NCBI GenBank assembly: GCA_003166335.1
Contig: PMWA01000097.1
Location: 1-14,167, forward strand
From: Methanobacterium sp.
Lineage (GTDB): Archaea > Methanobacteriota > Methanobacteria > Methanobacteriales > Methanobacteriaceae
DNA: 14,167 bases
Direction: 5' to 3'
Positions within the stretch are counted from its first letter, which is position 1. Each line of letters begins with the position of its first letter. Below the pieces are notes generated by a model. The model did no database searches. It saw only the letters and a list, made by a program, of their open reading frames with translations, and was not told the origin of the DNA. Positions 1-9,162 of this stretch are shown here, one piece after another. The position numbers were made by a program, and so were the translations under genes.

Positions 1-448
1 CTTCAGAGCTTCTCCCTTTTAAGTTAAATATAGTTTATATAACCCAGAGCTTATATTTTTTTTTATAAATCTAGCCATAAAAAAAAGAACTGGTTAAGGA
101 ACTGTGTTTTCAGAGAGATTGTTTGAGAAAAATCATAAATGTGTAAGCTAGCATGAATGAAGGAAATTTTTGATTTTGGTAATAAAAACGTATTCTCCCA
201 AATTTTTTATATAACTGATTCCATATTTTGGTTTTGATTTTATTATTATTTTTTTCTCTTAACTATTATACATGTATATAAACCAAGTGTGAAGATTTTT
301 TAGAATCTTTCAGAGATAATAGGTTATTTTCAGTTCAAGTCATTATAATTTCATTAAAATGATGAAGATTGCATACCAAAAGTATACTTTATTTAAAAAA
401 AATTGAAAAAAAAATAATTATAAAAAAAATGTAATCATGGAGTTTTTT

Positions 449-1604
449 TTAAATTGTTTTAAATTGGAATGTATATATTTTATTCATAATTTTTCCCGCG
501 GTATTTTTAACTACTCCGCTGGGTACGTATTACTTGGTAAATGTCATTGTATGAGCGACTGTAGGTTTGTTTAATGATTAATTTATCGCCACTGATGGTT
601 TCAGATGCAATTGATACGATTTTACCGGTGCTTAAATTTTTAATGTAAATTTTTGCGAGATTATAGTCGGCTAATATATTCTCATTAAAAGTTATAGCCA
701 CGGGAGAAGTGAGGGAGACTTCTGTAGCTTCATTGGTGGGATTAGTTGAACTTACAGTTGGATTGGTATTGTTATTCCCGTTAAATGTTTTATCATACCA
801 TGCTTCGGCTGCAGCATTATTGTAAGGAGACGTCTGGTTTGGTTGGGGGAATGTATCGTTCCAGTTACCTATGAACACATTATATCCATTATTATTACGC
901 CATATGGTTTCATTGTTATAAATTGTTGATTGGGTGATGGTTTTTCCAATATTCATTTGATTGGCAGTTCCAAAGTTGGTTGCTCCATTTAAGAATTCAT
1001 CAACTATATCCACTATGTCTGTGCCCTGATAATTTCCACTGTAGCCGCTTGCGTAATAATTAGCCCCTGCTGCGGTGAACATTTGTGAAAAATCGTATAT
1101 AGTTTCAATTGGATTTGAAACTTGGTTATTATCTACCCAACCGGTTGAAAAACATGCGTGAACCACTATTACAGTTGTGCCTGGTTTAAATGGTGCTTTA
1201 AATAAAGTTCCATCAAATCCTTCCCTCATTTCATCCCCAACACCCCAAATGAAGCCTTTGCTTCCAACTATGGCGAATGGTGGAGTGGCTGGTCCCCCGT
1301 TTCCATTATAGTTGCTATCCAGGTATCCACCGTGACCTCCATAGATCACAGCATCTGCATTGTACATACCTTTTATTATATTCTTGGTAGTATCATTTGA
1401 ACCAGTAAGCAGTAAGACATTGTATCCTTTAGATGTTAATACATTAGCAGTTGCCTGTAATTCATTATCTATTTGCGGAGTGCTGTTACTTGCAATTATT
1501 AGTATATGGGCGTCGGAGGATGGTACAATTGACATGAAAACAAAAAAGAATGTGGATAATACGGATAAAATAAGAATTTTCTTCCTGAATTTTTCGGGCT
1601 GCAT
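449..1604 (-). CDS. Secreted/surface protein with N-terminal caspase/CHAT-like (clan CD) peptidase-fold domain and C-terminal SbsA/Big_5 Ig-like domain; 1-nt frameshift near 530 (as-is ORF 507..1604)
   Basis: Signal peptide (basic N-region, hydrophobic stretch, SDA cleavage-like site); YGGHGG and VHACFS motifs; N/T-rich linker; PTVSSTNPTN..VSLTSPVAITFNENI is a typical Big_5 start. Removing one base at 530/531 extends the frame to YQVYVPSGVVKNTAGKIMNKIYTFQFKTI* (stop 449-451), a typical Big_5 end. Confidence 0.8.
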
Positions 1605-1777
1605 AACTGTGGAATTCCTTTATAAAATTTTTGTCTATCTATATAATACAATTATGATCTTTAATAAGGAATAAAATCTTTATATAAAATTTTTTTTTAT
1701 AACTGAAATCTCTAATTAGGTGTGGCATGTGGCAAAAAACTAAATCTTACCACATAAATTTTATTCTTTAAGATTCT

Positions 1778-2497
1778 TCATTCTGGACTGTGTTCATCAG
1801 AATCTTTGTTTTGAACTATTGTTTTTTGAACCTCTTCGCTGGAGTTGAATATTAAAGCTACTGATCTTCCAGAATACATGAAAAGATATGAATAGACCAC
1901 TAATAATGCAATGATAAATCCTAAGTATGGGATTAATCGCAAAATATCGCCTACAATTCCAACCACTATCGTTATGATAATCGTAATTATATACCAGACG
2001 ATGTATTTTCCCCATCCTATTTTAGATATTCTTTCAAGTATTTCACCGAATTTGAAAGCAGCTTTAAGGTCATCGTAAAAAGCCATATTAGCTATTGCTA
2101 TAGCTCCAAATACACCGAATATGATTATTAGTATTATACCCGCTATAACAGTTAAGACCAATTCTAAATAGGTTGATGGACTAATGATGATTCCACTTGC
2201 TACTGCAGTTACTAATCCTAAGGCACCAACAAAGATTATGATGAATGGAATTATGAAGTAGACTACCTCTACAATGTAAATTTTGAAACCGTCAATAAGC
2301 ATTCCTCCCCAGTCATCGAATTCTGGAGGTTCATCATAACCAGCTAGAGTTGATTTTATAAGTCTTAATGTATATCCCGTACCAAATGCTAGAATTACTG
2401 TAAGATTTAGAATTAATAAAACCCCTTCAATTAATACTTTCTTCCAATCAGAAGAGGGATATCTTATTGCATCTGAAATAATTTCTTTAACATCCAT
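1778..2497 (-). CDS. DUF4013 family integral membrane protein
   Basis: N-terminal 'EIISDAIRYPSSDWKKVLI', 'GYTLRLIKSTLAGYDEPPEFDDWGGMLIDG' and 'DDLKAAFKFGEI' match this methanogen family; several TM segments; GGGGGA RBS upstream. Confidence 0.85.
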   Translation of the reverse strand: MDVKEIISDAIRYPSSDWKKVLIEGVLLILNLTVILAFGTGYTLRLIKSTLAGYDEPPEFDDWGGMLIDGFKIYIVEVVYFIIPFIIIFVGALGLVTAVASGIIISPSTYLELVLTVIAGIILIIIFGVFGAIAIANMAFYDDLKAAFKFGEILERISKIGWGKYIVWYIITIIITIVVGIVGDILRLIPYLGFIIALLVVYSYLFMYSGRSVALIFNSSEEVQKTIVQNKDSDEHSPE

Positions 2498-2854
2498 TTT
2501 TTCATAATCCCCCCAAATTTAAAATTCATTTAATTATCATATAATTTAGTTAATATAATCATATAAAATTATATGGTTCAAAGCTTGTTTAACAAATTTT
2601 AATAGGCATAGAGTAAACAATACATAGAATAATTACGTTTAAGAAACTTTTAAGTTGATAAGGATAATTTAAGATTAATATTGATGGTAAATATAAAGTT
2701 GAGTAAAAGGATTAAATATAGAAAAAACATCTTAAAAATTGGTTAAATTACTTATATTTTAATAAAAAAAGTTTCAGTTAAAAAAAAAAGATGAATATTA
2801 AAAAATATGGTTTTAGTTGAATGGATGGGGGGGAGTATATTTTTTTAAGTTCCT

Positions 2855-3259
2855 TTATGCTCCTCCAGCACCACCAACATTTTTACCAGTTTGGGCATCT
2901 ATGTCTATTTCTCCAACATTGTTACCATTTAATATAACTGGAACCGTGTAGATTTGTTCTCCATCTATTTCCTTTAAAATAGGAGTTCCTGCTTTAGCAT
3001 TTGGTTGTATAATATATGTTTGAGCTATGCTTTGAGCATCTGCAGCTGATATTAAATCTTGTCCAGATCCAGTATTTTGAGTATTATTTGTAGTAGTATT
3101 AGGAGTACTAGTAGTAGTGTTTTTAGTGTTATTGGTTAGATTTTGCGCTGATGTTTGATTAGTATTGTTATTGTTGTCATGTGCACTTACGTGTGCTGCG
3201 TATCCGATTCCCACTATAGCAGCAACAAGTATTATGGTAATTATTGATTTCCCGATCAT
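2855..3259 (-). CDS. Exported PepSY-domain protein with Asn/Thr-rich linker
   Basis: N-terminal hydrophobic signal/anchor, N/T low-complexity linker, C-terminal 'ISAADAQSIA...IYTVPV...VGEIDIDAQTGK' PepSY pattern; AGAGGT RBS. Confidence 0.8.
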   Translation of the reverse strand: MIGKSIITIILVAAIVGIGYAAHVSAHDNNNNTNQTSAQNLTNNTKNTTTSTPNTTTNNTQNTGSGQDLISAADAQSIAQTYIIQPNAKAGTPILKEIDGEQIYTVPVILNGNNVGEIDIDAQTGKNVGGAGGA

Positions 3260-3772
3260 ATCATTTTAACCTCTTTTATTCTTTTATTTCTATTTATTTT
3301 TTCTATTTTATAGTTCCCTAACATAATTCCGGTTTTTTTTTTAAAGCTTATTTTCTTTTTATGGTTCAGATATTCTTTTTTTTCTAAATTTTTTGGGTTT
3401 TAGTTAGTAAAATATATAAATAATAGTTTAAAATTTGTTAATAAATTTTACTACTATACTAACAATATTTCCTGAAATAAATTCTCCCAAAATAGCAATT
3501 AGACTAGGTTTTTTAATATTGGAGGCATTATATCTCAGAATAACCATGATAGTGAATCATCGTATATAAAACTTTTGATTATAAATTTAAAAATAAGACA
3601 CTTAAAACAGTTATTTCCTGATTTAAGACACTCTATAATCTTATTAATATAATCATAAAATAAGCTTATATAAACGAAATTTTTTTTATAAACATAATTA
3701 ACATATTAATAAATTATATTCTTATATATCTAAATGGTAGTTTTTATAGTTCAAAAAGAGGAGGGAAATTAA

Positions 3773-4033
3773 ATGGAACTTGTAATGGGGAAATTAAATG
3801 GTTTTTTTATAGATGCAACACTTAAATGGGGTAGAGTTAGTCCTTATGATATACTCACTAACGCTACAGATTCTGAATTTGAAGAGTTATTAACTAATTA
3901 TCTATCTGAATATGAATCTCAAGACGGTCCTAAATTTGATGTTCAACTCTTTTCGCGTTATGTGGCAAAAAATGGATATTATATTAAGACTAAGGGAAAT
4001 TACATTTTACCACCCTATGCACCACTAAAATAA
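3773..4033 (+). CDS. Hypothetical protein (86 aa)
   Basis: Strong RBS (AGAGGAGGG) before the ATG, protein-like composition, oligo-T tract downstream (~4070-4085). No family recognised. Confidence 0.7.
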   Translation: MELVMGKLNGFFIDATLKWGRVSPYDILTNATDSEFEELLTNYLSEYESQDGPKFDVQLFSRYVAKNGYYIKTKGNYILPPYAPLK

Positions 4034-4098
4034 GTATATGATGATTTTTTAGATGCATCTCAATTATATCTTTTTTTATTTCTTTAAAATTTCAGAAT

Positions 4099-4578
4099 TT
4101 AATTTTTTTTCATGGATTTTTCATTATTAATGCAGCGTACTACTAGAATAGGTGTTTTTGTTTCTCTTAACACTCTTTCGGTTACTTTTCCCAGTATTAA
4201 CTCATCTACACCATGTTTACCGGATGCTCCCATAATAACTAAATCAATATCCTCTTCATCTATAGTTTTAAGAATCTCTAAGTGTGGTTTTCCTTCTTTG
4301 ATCATCGTGGTGAACTTAATATTTTTGCATATGCCCTGGCATTGAGCTTCCTCTAAATCGTTTTTAAATTCTTGAAGAGCTTTTTTTCCTTCATCTCTTA
4401 AACAGTTATCCAGATTCTTTCTGAAACTTGGTAAATAAGATGGTTGAAGATAGTTAACATCAATTACACTTAAAACCACTATTTCAGCATTAGTTTTATC
4501 AGCAATCCATATAGCATGTTTACCTGCTTGTTTCGCGTTATTTGAACCATCTGTTGGTAATAATATCTTTTGATACAT
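4099..4578 (-). CDS. Universal stress protein (UspA family)
   Basis: 'MYQKILLPTDGS', 'EGKPHLEIL', 'DLVIMGASGKHG...ILGKVTERVLR...PILVV' Usp motifs; AGGAG RBS. Confidence 0.95.
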   Translation of the reverse strand: MYQKILLPTDGSNNAKQAGKHAIWIADKTNAEIVVLSVIDVNYLQPSYLPSFRKNLDNCLRDEGKKALQEFKNDLEEAQCQGICKNIKFTTMIKEGKPHLEILKTIDEEDIDLVIMGASGKHGVDELILGKVTERVLRETKTPILVVRCINNEKSMKKN

Positions 4579-4698
4579 ATTCTTTTATTTACTCCTAAAA
4601 AATATTTTAGGTTAAAAATTATCTGTTATTATTATTTTTACATATCATATTTTTTTGTGAAATTTTATTAGTTTAGTATTTATATTTGAATGGTATAA

Positions 4699-5883
4699 TT
4701 GGACTTTATGGAAGTTAAAAATATTAATGTTTTCTCTCCCCTAATTTTGCTAGTTGTAATATTTTTTTATGTTTTATTTGCATTTATAGGCACCCAATAT
4801 CATCTAAGGGGTTTAAGTCCTGTTTCGCCACTAACCTATTTATATATTCTTTATGGATCGTTAATTTTTATTGTAGGTTTTTTATTTGCTAAAATAGTTG
4901 AAAAAAATTTTTTCAAAAAAAATCTTGAAAAAAGAAATGCATCTATTGTAATAAAAACTTTCATCGATTATGTTCAGAATAGTTCGCGATTCATTGAAAG
5001 AAATGTGTTGATTTTTGTTTTAGTTCCAATGTTTGTTCAATTAATAAATTTATATTTTTTGGGTGGTATTCCACTTTTCAGTGGATATTTGAAAGCAGTA
5101 GCCTATAATAATATAACTGTAATCTCTTACTGTATATTTCTAATTGCAATTACGAGTTTAATGGCTAAATTTTATAATAAGAAATATTTTTTATTAGTTT
5201 TAATAGGATTAATTTTGTTTGCTGCAACAGGTTATCGAGCTACACTGGTAGGTATAATCCTCAGTGTATTGATAACGATTTTTTATGTTAATGGAAATAA
5301 ATTTAAATATTTATATATTTTAATTCCAATCATAATTGTTTCAGGTCTTATTGTAGGATATGTAGCTGCTATATCCATTCAATGGCAACATTGGAACGTG
5401 AATCCCTTAAGCTTAGTATTCATCCGGGCGGGTTACACTCTTACTATTCTAAATAAAATTGTAGCCATGCAAAATTCGAGTCACGGATTATTAACCTATT
5501 CAGTATTAACAGGTTTTATAAATTCAATGGATCCTCGCCTAGTTTTAGGGCAGTACCTCTTAAAATATCATACTTCCATTACATCCACTATATTTGGACC
5601 TGCTATTTTGGATGCGGGATATCTCGGATTAGCTGTGCAAATGTTTTTCCTAGGATTAGTATTGGAGTTATTACATTACCTGCAAACAGTAAAAAAAGGA
5701 TTATATACAAGTTTTTATGCTATAGGCTTAGCTTCAACCATAATATGGGTTGAAACAGGTCCTATGGATTTATCTGTATGGGTTTATTATCTAATAGGTG
5801 TTATTGTAATAGTAAGTGCTTTTATCAGTTTGAAATCTATCCTTCCTGATAGGGAAGGAATTAAAGAATTAAAAGAAGAATAA
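4699..5883 (+). CDS. Oligosaccharide repeat-unit polymerase (Wzy/DUF70) family membrane protein
   Basis: About 10 hydrophobic segments; 'GGIPLFSGYLKA', 'TGYR' and 'SITSTIFGPAILDAG' motifs typical of the archaeal family. Start is TTG 4699 or ATG 4708. Confidence 0.75.
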   Translation: MDFMEVKNINVFSPLILLVVIFFYVLFAFIGTQYHLRGLSPVSPLTYLYILYGSLIFIVGFLFAKIVEKNFFKKNLEKRNASIVIKTFIDYVQNSSRFIERNVLIFVLVPMFVQLINLYFLGGIPLFSGYLKAVAYNNITVISYCIFLIAITSLMAKFYNKKYFLLVLIGLILFAATGYRATLVGIILSVLITIFYVNGNKFKYLYILIPIIIVSGLIVGYVAAISIQWQHWNVNPLSLVFIRAGYTLTILNKIVAMQNSSHGLLTYSVLTGFINSMDPRLVLGQYLLKYHTSITSTIFGPAILDAGYLGLAVQMFFLGLVLELLHYLQTVKKGLYTSFYAIGLASTIIWVETGPMDLSVWVYYLIGVIVIVSAFISLKSILPDREGIKELKEE

Positions 5884-5901
5884 TTTAAAAACCTAATTTT
5901 T

Positions 5902-6297
5902 TTATATTGGAGTATAATAAGTTCGTCTCATTTCCCGTGATTTAGCATCAAAATCCTCATCACCCGTTATTTTACAACATTCCACTGCACGTCCATTAAC
6001 ACAGAAATAAGCAGGCGCACCTCTAGCTTCAAGATCATTTTCCTTCCACACGTCACATTGGGGGCATTGGCATTCTTCATGAGTATATAAATCGTTACAT
6101 TTTGATTTACCTGTGGAGCAGTAAAGTTTCGGCACTTCATCGGGTCCTATCATAACTCCACTGTCTATATCTATATCATGACTGACTTCTTCCATTTCTA
6201 TTACTTGGTCTTTTATACAGTTACTTTCTTTTTGAACAGGACAACCAGGACAGAGGCATTTATCCAGATTTTCCCGGTTAAAATCTATTTTTAACAT
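5902..6297 (-). CDS. DUF2769 family Cys-rich protein
   Basis: 'ENLDKCLCPGCPVQ', 'LYCSTGKSKC', 'CQCPQCDVWKEN', 'YFCVNG'; 12 Cys in 131 aa; GGGGA RBS. Confidence 0.8.
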   Translation of the reverse strand: MLKIDFNRENLDKCLCPGCPVQKESNCIKDQVIEMEEVSHDIDIDSGVMIGPDEVPKLYCSTGKSKCNDLYTHEECQCPQCDVWKENDLEARGAPAYFCVNGRAVECCKITGDEDFDAKSREMRRTYYTPI

Positions 6298-6483
6298 GAT
6301 TCATCCCCTAATTATTTAATTATTTAATTTAATCTATGAAATAATATGTAATTTTATAATATAAAACACACTTATTCATTTACCTTAAAAGTGAATTAAT
6401 TTACACTTGAAGTGCACGTCTAACTCAAAAAGATATCGGGGAAGAGTAAATTTTTACAAAAGTTAAGCTTCCCCTAAAAAGAT

Positions 6484-6606
6484 TCTATTTATATTCCACA
6501 TCTTGAACTGATTTTCTTCCATTTTCCTATTACTTTGATCTCTTCACAGTTAATTTACTGTTTGTAACCACCTAATAATATTTATTATGCAAATTATTTT
6601 TAACAT
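6484..6606 (-). pseudogene. Decayed 5' fragment of a second DUF2769 gene
   Basis: 6500-6568 aligns with indels to 6175-6237 of the intact gene. The start ATGTTAAAAATA (ATG at 6606) is identical to the intact gene's start and has an AAGGTGA RBS; the frame is broken. Confidence 0.65.
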
Positions 6607-6647
6607 TTCATCTTCACCTTTAAATCTTTTATTCTAAAATATCTTCT

Positions 6648-6670
6648 TACATCCATATATTTAAATATAT
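6648..6670. promoter_or_regulatory. Promoter/operator element between the DUF2769 remnant and arsR
   Basis: Contains the perfect 16-bp palindrome ATATATTTAAATATAT (6655-6670); 21/23 identical to the reverse complement of 7177-7199 upstream of arsM. Confidence 0.5.
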
Positions 6671-6691
6671 CATTATTAAAGAAGAAGTCAT

Positions 6692-7051
6692 ATGAAACAA
6701 TGTGAAATTAATGGGGAAGGTAAACCTAACTGTGAACAAATGGAGAGACTGGAAAAGATACTATCTGAAATGCCTGGTGAAGAAGAGATACAAAAAAATG
6801 CTGACACAATCAAGGCACTTGCAGATCCTACGAGACTAAAAATTATTTACTTATTGGAACACGGCGAATTATGCGTCTGCGAGATAATTGCTGTGCTGGA
6901 AAAACCACAACCAACAGTATCCCATCACTTGAACCTCTTAAAAAACGCTGGTTTATTAAAATGGCGTAAAGAAGGAGTATGGATTCACTACAAACTATCA
7001 AACACGAAATTGCCAGCAAATTTAATGGAATTACTAAAAAATCATCAGTAA
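6692..7051 (+). CDS. arsR: ArsR/SmtB family metalloregulator, As(III)-sensing type
   Basis: 'KALADPTRLKII', metal-binding box 'ELCVCE', HTH 'QPTVSHHL', 'RKEGVWIHY'; adjacent to arsM and acr3. Confidence 0.93.
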   Translation: MKQCEINGEGKPNCEQMERLEKILSEMPGEEEIQKNADTIKALADPTRLKIIYLLEHGELCVCEIIAVLEKPQPTVSHHLNLLKNAGLLKWRKEGVWIHYKLSNTKLPANLMELLKNHQ

Positions 7052-7173
7052 ATGAGTTAAACTATATATAATGACATTATTGGTTAAGGTTATCAAAGAT
7101 AATTGTTATTTAAATTTCCACATGGAACCATCATCATCTCTCTGGAATATTTGAGGTTGTACGTTATATTTAT

Positions 7174-7199
7174 CAAATATATTTATATATTTGGATGTA
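7174..7199 (+). promoter_or_regulatory. Putative arsM promoter with inverted repeat (candidate ArsR operator)
   Basis: CAAATATAT-tt-ATATATTTG 9-2-9 inverted repeat (7174-7193) overlapping TATA-like TTTATATA (7182-7189), about 40 nt before the arsM ATG. Confidence 0.5.
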
Positions 7200-7228
7200 T
7201 GGATATTACTTTAAGGTGTGAGAAAAAA

Positions 7229-7987
7229 ATGAAAGATAAGAATATAAAAGAATTCGTAAAGGAACGTTATTCAAAAATAGCCTCTAATAAAGAAGATTCC
7301 TGTGGTTGTGGATGCACACGGGATGATTCATTCATCAAACAGGCCCAGGATGCAGGATACACTTTGGAAGAGATTAAAAGCATTCCTTCAGGAGCGGTAT
7401 TTGGATTAGGATGTGGAAATCCAACAGCTCTTGCTGAAATAAATCCGGGTGAAACCATCCTAGACCTTGGATCAGGCGGAGGAATAGATGTTTTTCTCGC
7501 AGCCCATAAAGTAGGTGAAGCTGGGAAAGTCATCGGTGTAGACATGACTCTTGAAATGGTTGAAACTGCAGTTAAAAATGCAAAAGAAGGGGGATATGAA
7601 AATGTTGAATTTAAACATGGTGAAATAGAAAACCTGCCAGTTGAAGACAACTCCATAGATGTAATAATAAGCAACTGCGTTATAAACCTCACACCCGACA
7701 AATCAAAGGCTTATGGAGAAGCATTCAGAGTTTTAAAACCGTGCGGGCGGATATTGGTTTCTGACCTTATTACAGAGGAACACATTCCTAAAGAGATACG
7801 TAAAAGCTTCCAGGCATGGTCAAACTGCATTGCAGGGGCAATGGATAAACATGAATACCTTGACGCAATAAAAAAAGCAGGATTCCGGGATATTGAAATC
7901 GTTAGTGAACAAGTCTTCACAGAACCCGACATGGATGAGAGACTCATCGGAAAAATAGTAAGTGTACAAATAAAAGCCTTAAAATAA
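7229..7987 (+). CDS. arsM: Arsenite S-adenosylmethionine methyltransferase (252 aa)
   Basis: 'VKERYSKIA', 'SCGCGC', 'GLGCGNP', SAM motif 'LDLGSGGGID', 'ISNCVINL', 'WSNCIAGA'. Start reassigned from 7103 to ATG 7229, which has an AAGGTG RBS. Confidence 0.95.
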   Translation: MKDKNIKEFVKERYSKIASNKEDSCGCGCTRDDSFIKQAQDAGYTLEEIKSIPSGAVFGLGCGNPTALAEINPGETILDLGSGGGIDVFLAAHKVGEAGKVIGVDMTLEMVETAVKNAKEGGYENVEFKHGEIENLPVEDNSIDVIISNCVINLTPDKSKAYGEAFRVLKPCGRILVSDLITEEHIPKEIRKSFQAWSNCIAGAMDKHEYLDAIKKAGFRDIEIVSEQVFTEPDMDERLIGKIVSVQIKALK

Positions 7988-8007
7988 TTATTTATCATGA
8001 AAACAGA

Positions 8008-8062
8008 ATGGATACACTATCAAACTCGAATATACTGAAATCTAAAGAATCTGCTAAAAAAT
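8008..8062 (+). pseudogene. 3'-end remnant of a second arsR
   Basis: Aligns to arsR 6979-7042. It encodes fragments 'EWIHY' and 'NLKNLLKN', versus ArsR 'VWIHY' and 'NLMELLKN'. Confidence 0.6.
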
Positions 8063-8085
8063 ATTTTTCTTAAGGTGAAAATTAA

Positions 8086-9162
8086 ATGAATGATGATACT
8101 ACGGTTGAAGTTGCCGGAGAAGTTTGTGATATTCCTCGGTTGGGGTTTTTACATAGATTTTTAACTCTTTGGATTTTTTTAGCCATGGCCGTTGGAGTGT
8201 CTATTGGATATTTTATTCCGGGTGTTGAATCATTTATAAGTAGATTTTCTATTGGTACAACCAGCATACCTATCGCTATAGGTTTAATTTTGATGATGTA
8301 CCCTCCTCTGGCCAAGGTAAGGTATGAAGAATTAGGAGAAGTTTTCCGCAACACAAGAATATTAAGTTTATCATTATTCCAAAACTGGATAGTGGGACCT
8401 ATACTCATGTTCATTCTAGCGGTGGTTTTCCTACGGAATCATCCTGAATTTATGGTCGGTTTGATATTAATTGGGTTAGCGCGTTGTATTGCCATGGTAA
8501 TTGTTTGGAATGAACTTGCCAAAGGAGACACCGAATATGCAGCGGGGTTAGTGGCTTTTAACAGTGTTTTTCAGGTTTTATTTTATAGTGTGTATGCATG
8601 GGTATTCATAACGGTTTTACCACCGTTATTAGGGATACAGGGAAGTGTTGTAAATATTAGTATACTGCAAATAGCTGAAAGTGTTTTTATATATCTTGGA
8701 ATTCCATTTATAGCTGGAATTTTAACTAGATATATATTGGTGAAACGGAAAGGCGAAAAATGGTATGATGAAAAATTTATACCTAAAATCAGTCCTATAA
8801 CACTGGTAGCATTATTATTCACTATAATCGTAATGTTCAGCTTAAAAGGGAGTTATATAGTACAGATACCTTATTATGTGGTGATAATTGCAATTCCCTT
8901 ATTCATGTACTTCGTTATAATGTTCTTCACCACATTTTTATTAGGGTACAAACTGGGTGCGGATTACTCTAAAACCTCTGCATTGTCATTTACAGCTGCA
9001 AGTAATAATTTTGAATTAGCTATAGCAGTGGCTATTGCAGTTTTTGGAATAGGTTCAGGAGTTGCATTTGCAGCTGTAATTGGACCCTTAATTGAAGTTC
9101 CAGTACTTATAAGTCTAGTAAATGTAGCTTTGTTATTCCAAAAACGTTACTATGCTACTTGA
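8086..9162 (+). CDS. acr3: ACR3 family arsenite efflux transporter
   Basis: '[14 protein letters not shown]', '[13 protein letters not shown]', '[11 protein letters not shown]', '[13 protein letters not shown]', '[12 protein letters not shown]', '[10 protein letters not shown]'; AAGGTGA RBS. Confidence 0.97.
   Translation: MNDDTTVEVAGEVCDIPRLGFLHRFLTLWIFLAMAVGVSIGYFIPGVESFISRFSIGTTSIPIAIGLILMMYPPLAKVRYEELGEVFRNTRILSLSLFQNWIVGPILMFILAVVFLRNHPEFMVGLILIGLARCIAMVIVWNELAKGDTEYAAGLVAFNSVFQVLFYSVYAWVFITVLPPLLGIQGSVVNISILQIAESVFIYLGIPFIAGILTRYILVKRKGEKWYDEKFIPKISPITLVALLFTIIVMFSLKGSYIVQIPYYVVIIAIPLFMYFVIMFFTTFLLGYKLGADYSKTSALSFTAASNNFELAIAVAIAVFGIGSGVAFAAVIGPLIEVPVLISLVNVALLFQKRYYAT

Noticed and set aside
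1..448. Small ORFs or ncRNA in the left intergenic region
   Set aside because: No RBS-supported ORF or GC-rich structured segment found; only A/T tracts and an 8-nt repeat (CAGAGCTT).
7078..7087. TATTGGTTAA matching part of PadR operator site 2, between arsR and arsM
   Set aside because: Only about half the site matches; the right arm is missing, so it may be chance in AT-rich DNA.
7103..7228. 42-codon N-terminal extension of arsM in the ORF track
   Set aside because: It starts at a TTG without an RBS and runs through the promoter; the ArsM-like sequence begins at ATG 7229, which has an RBS.
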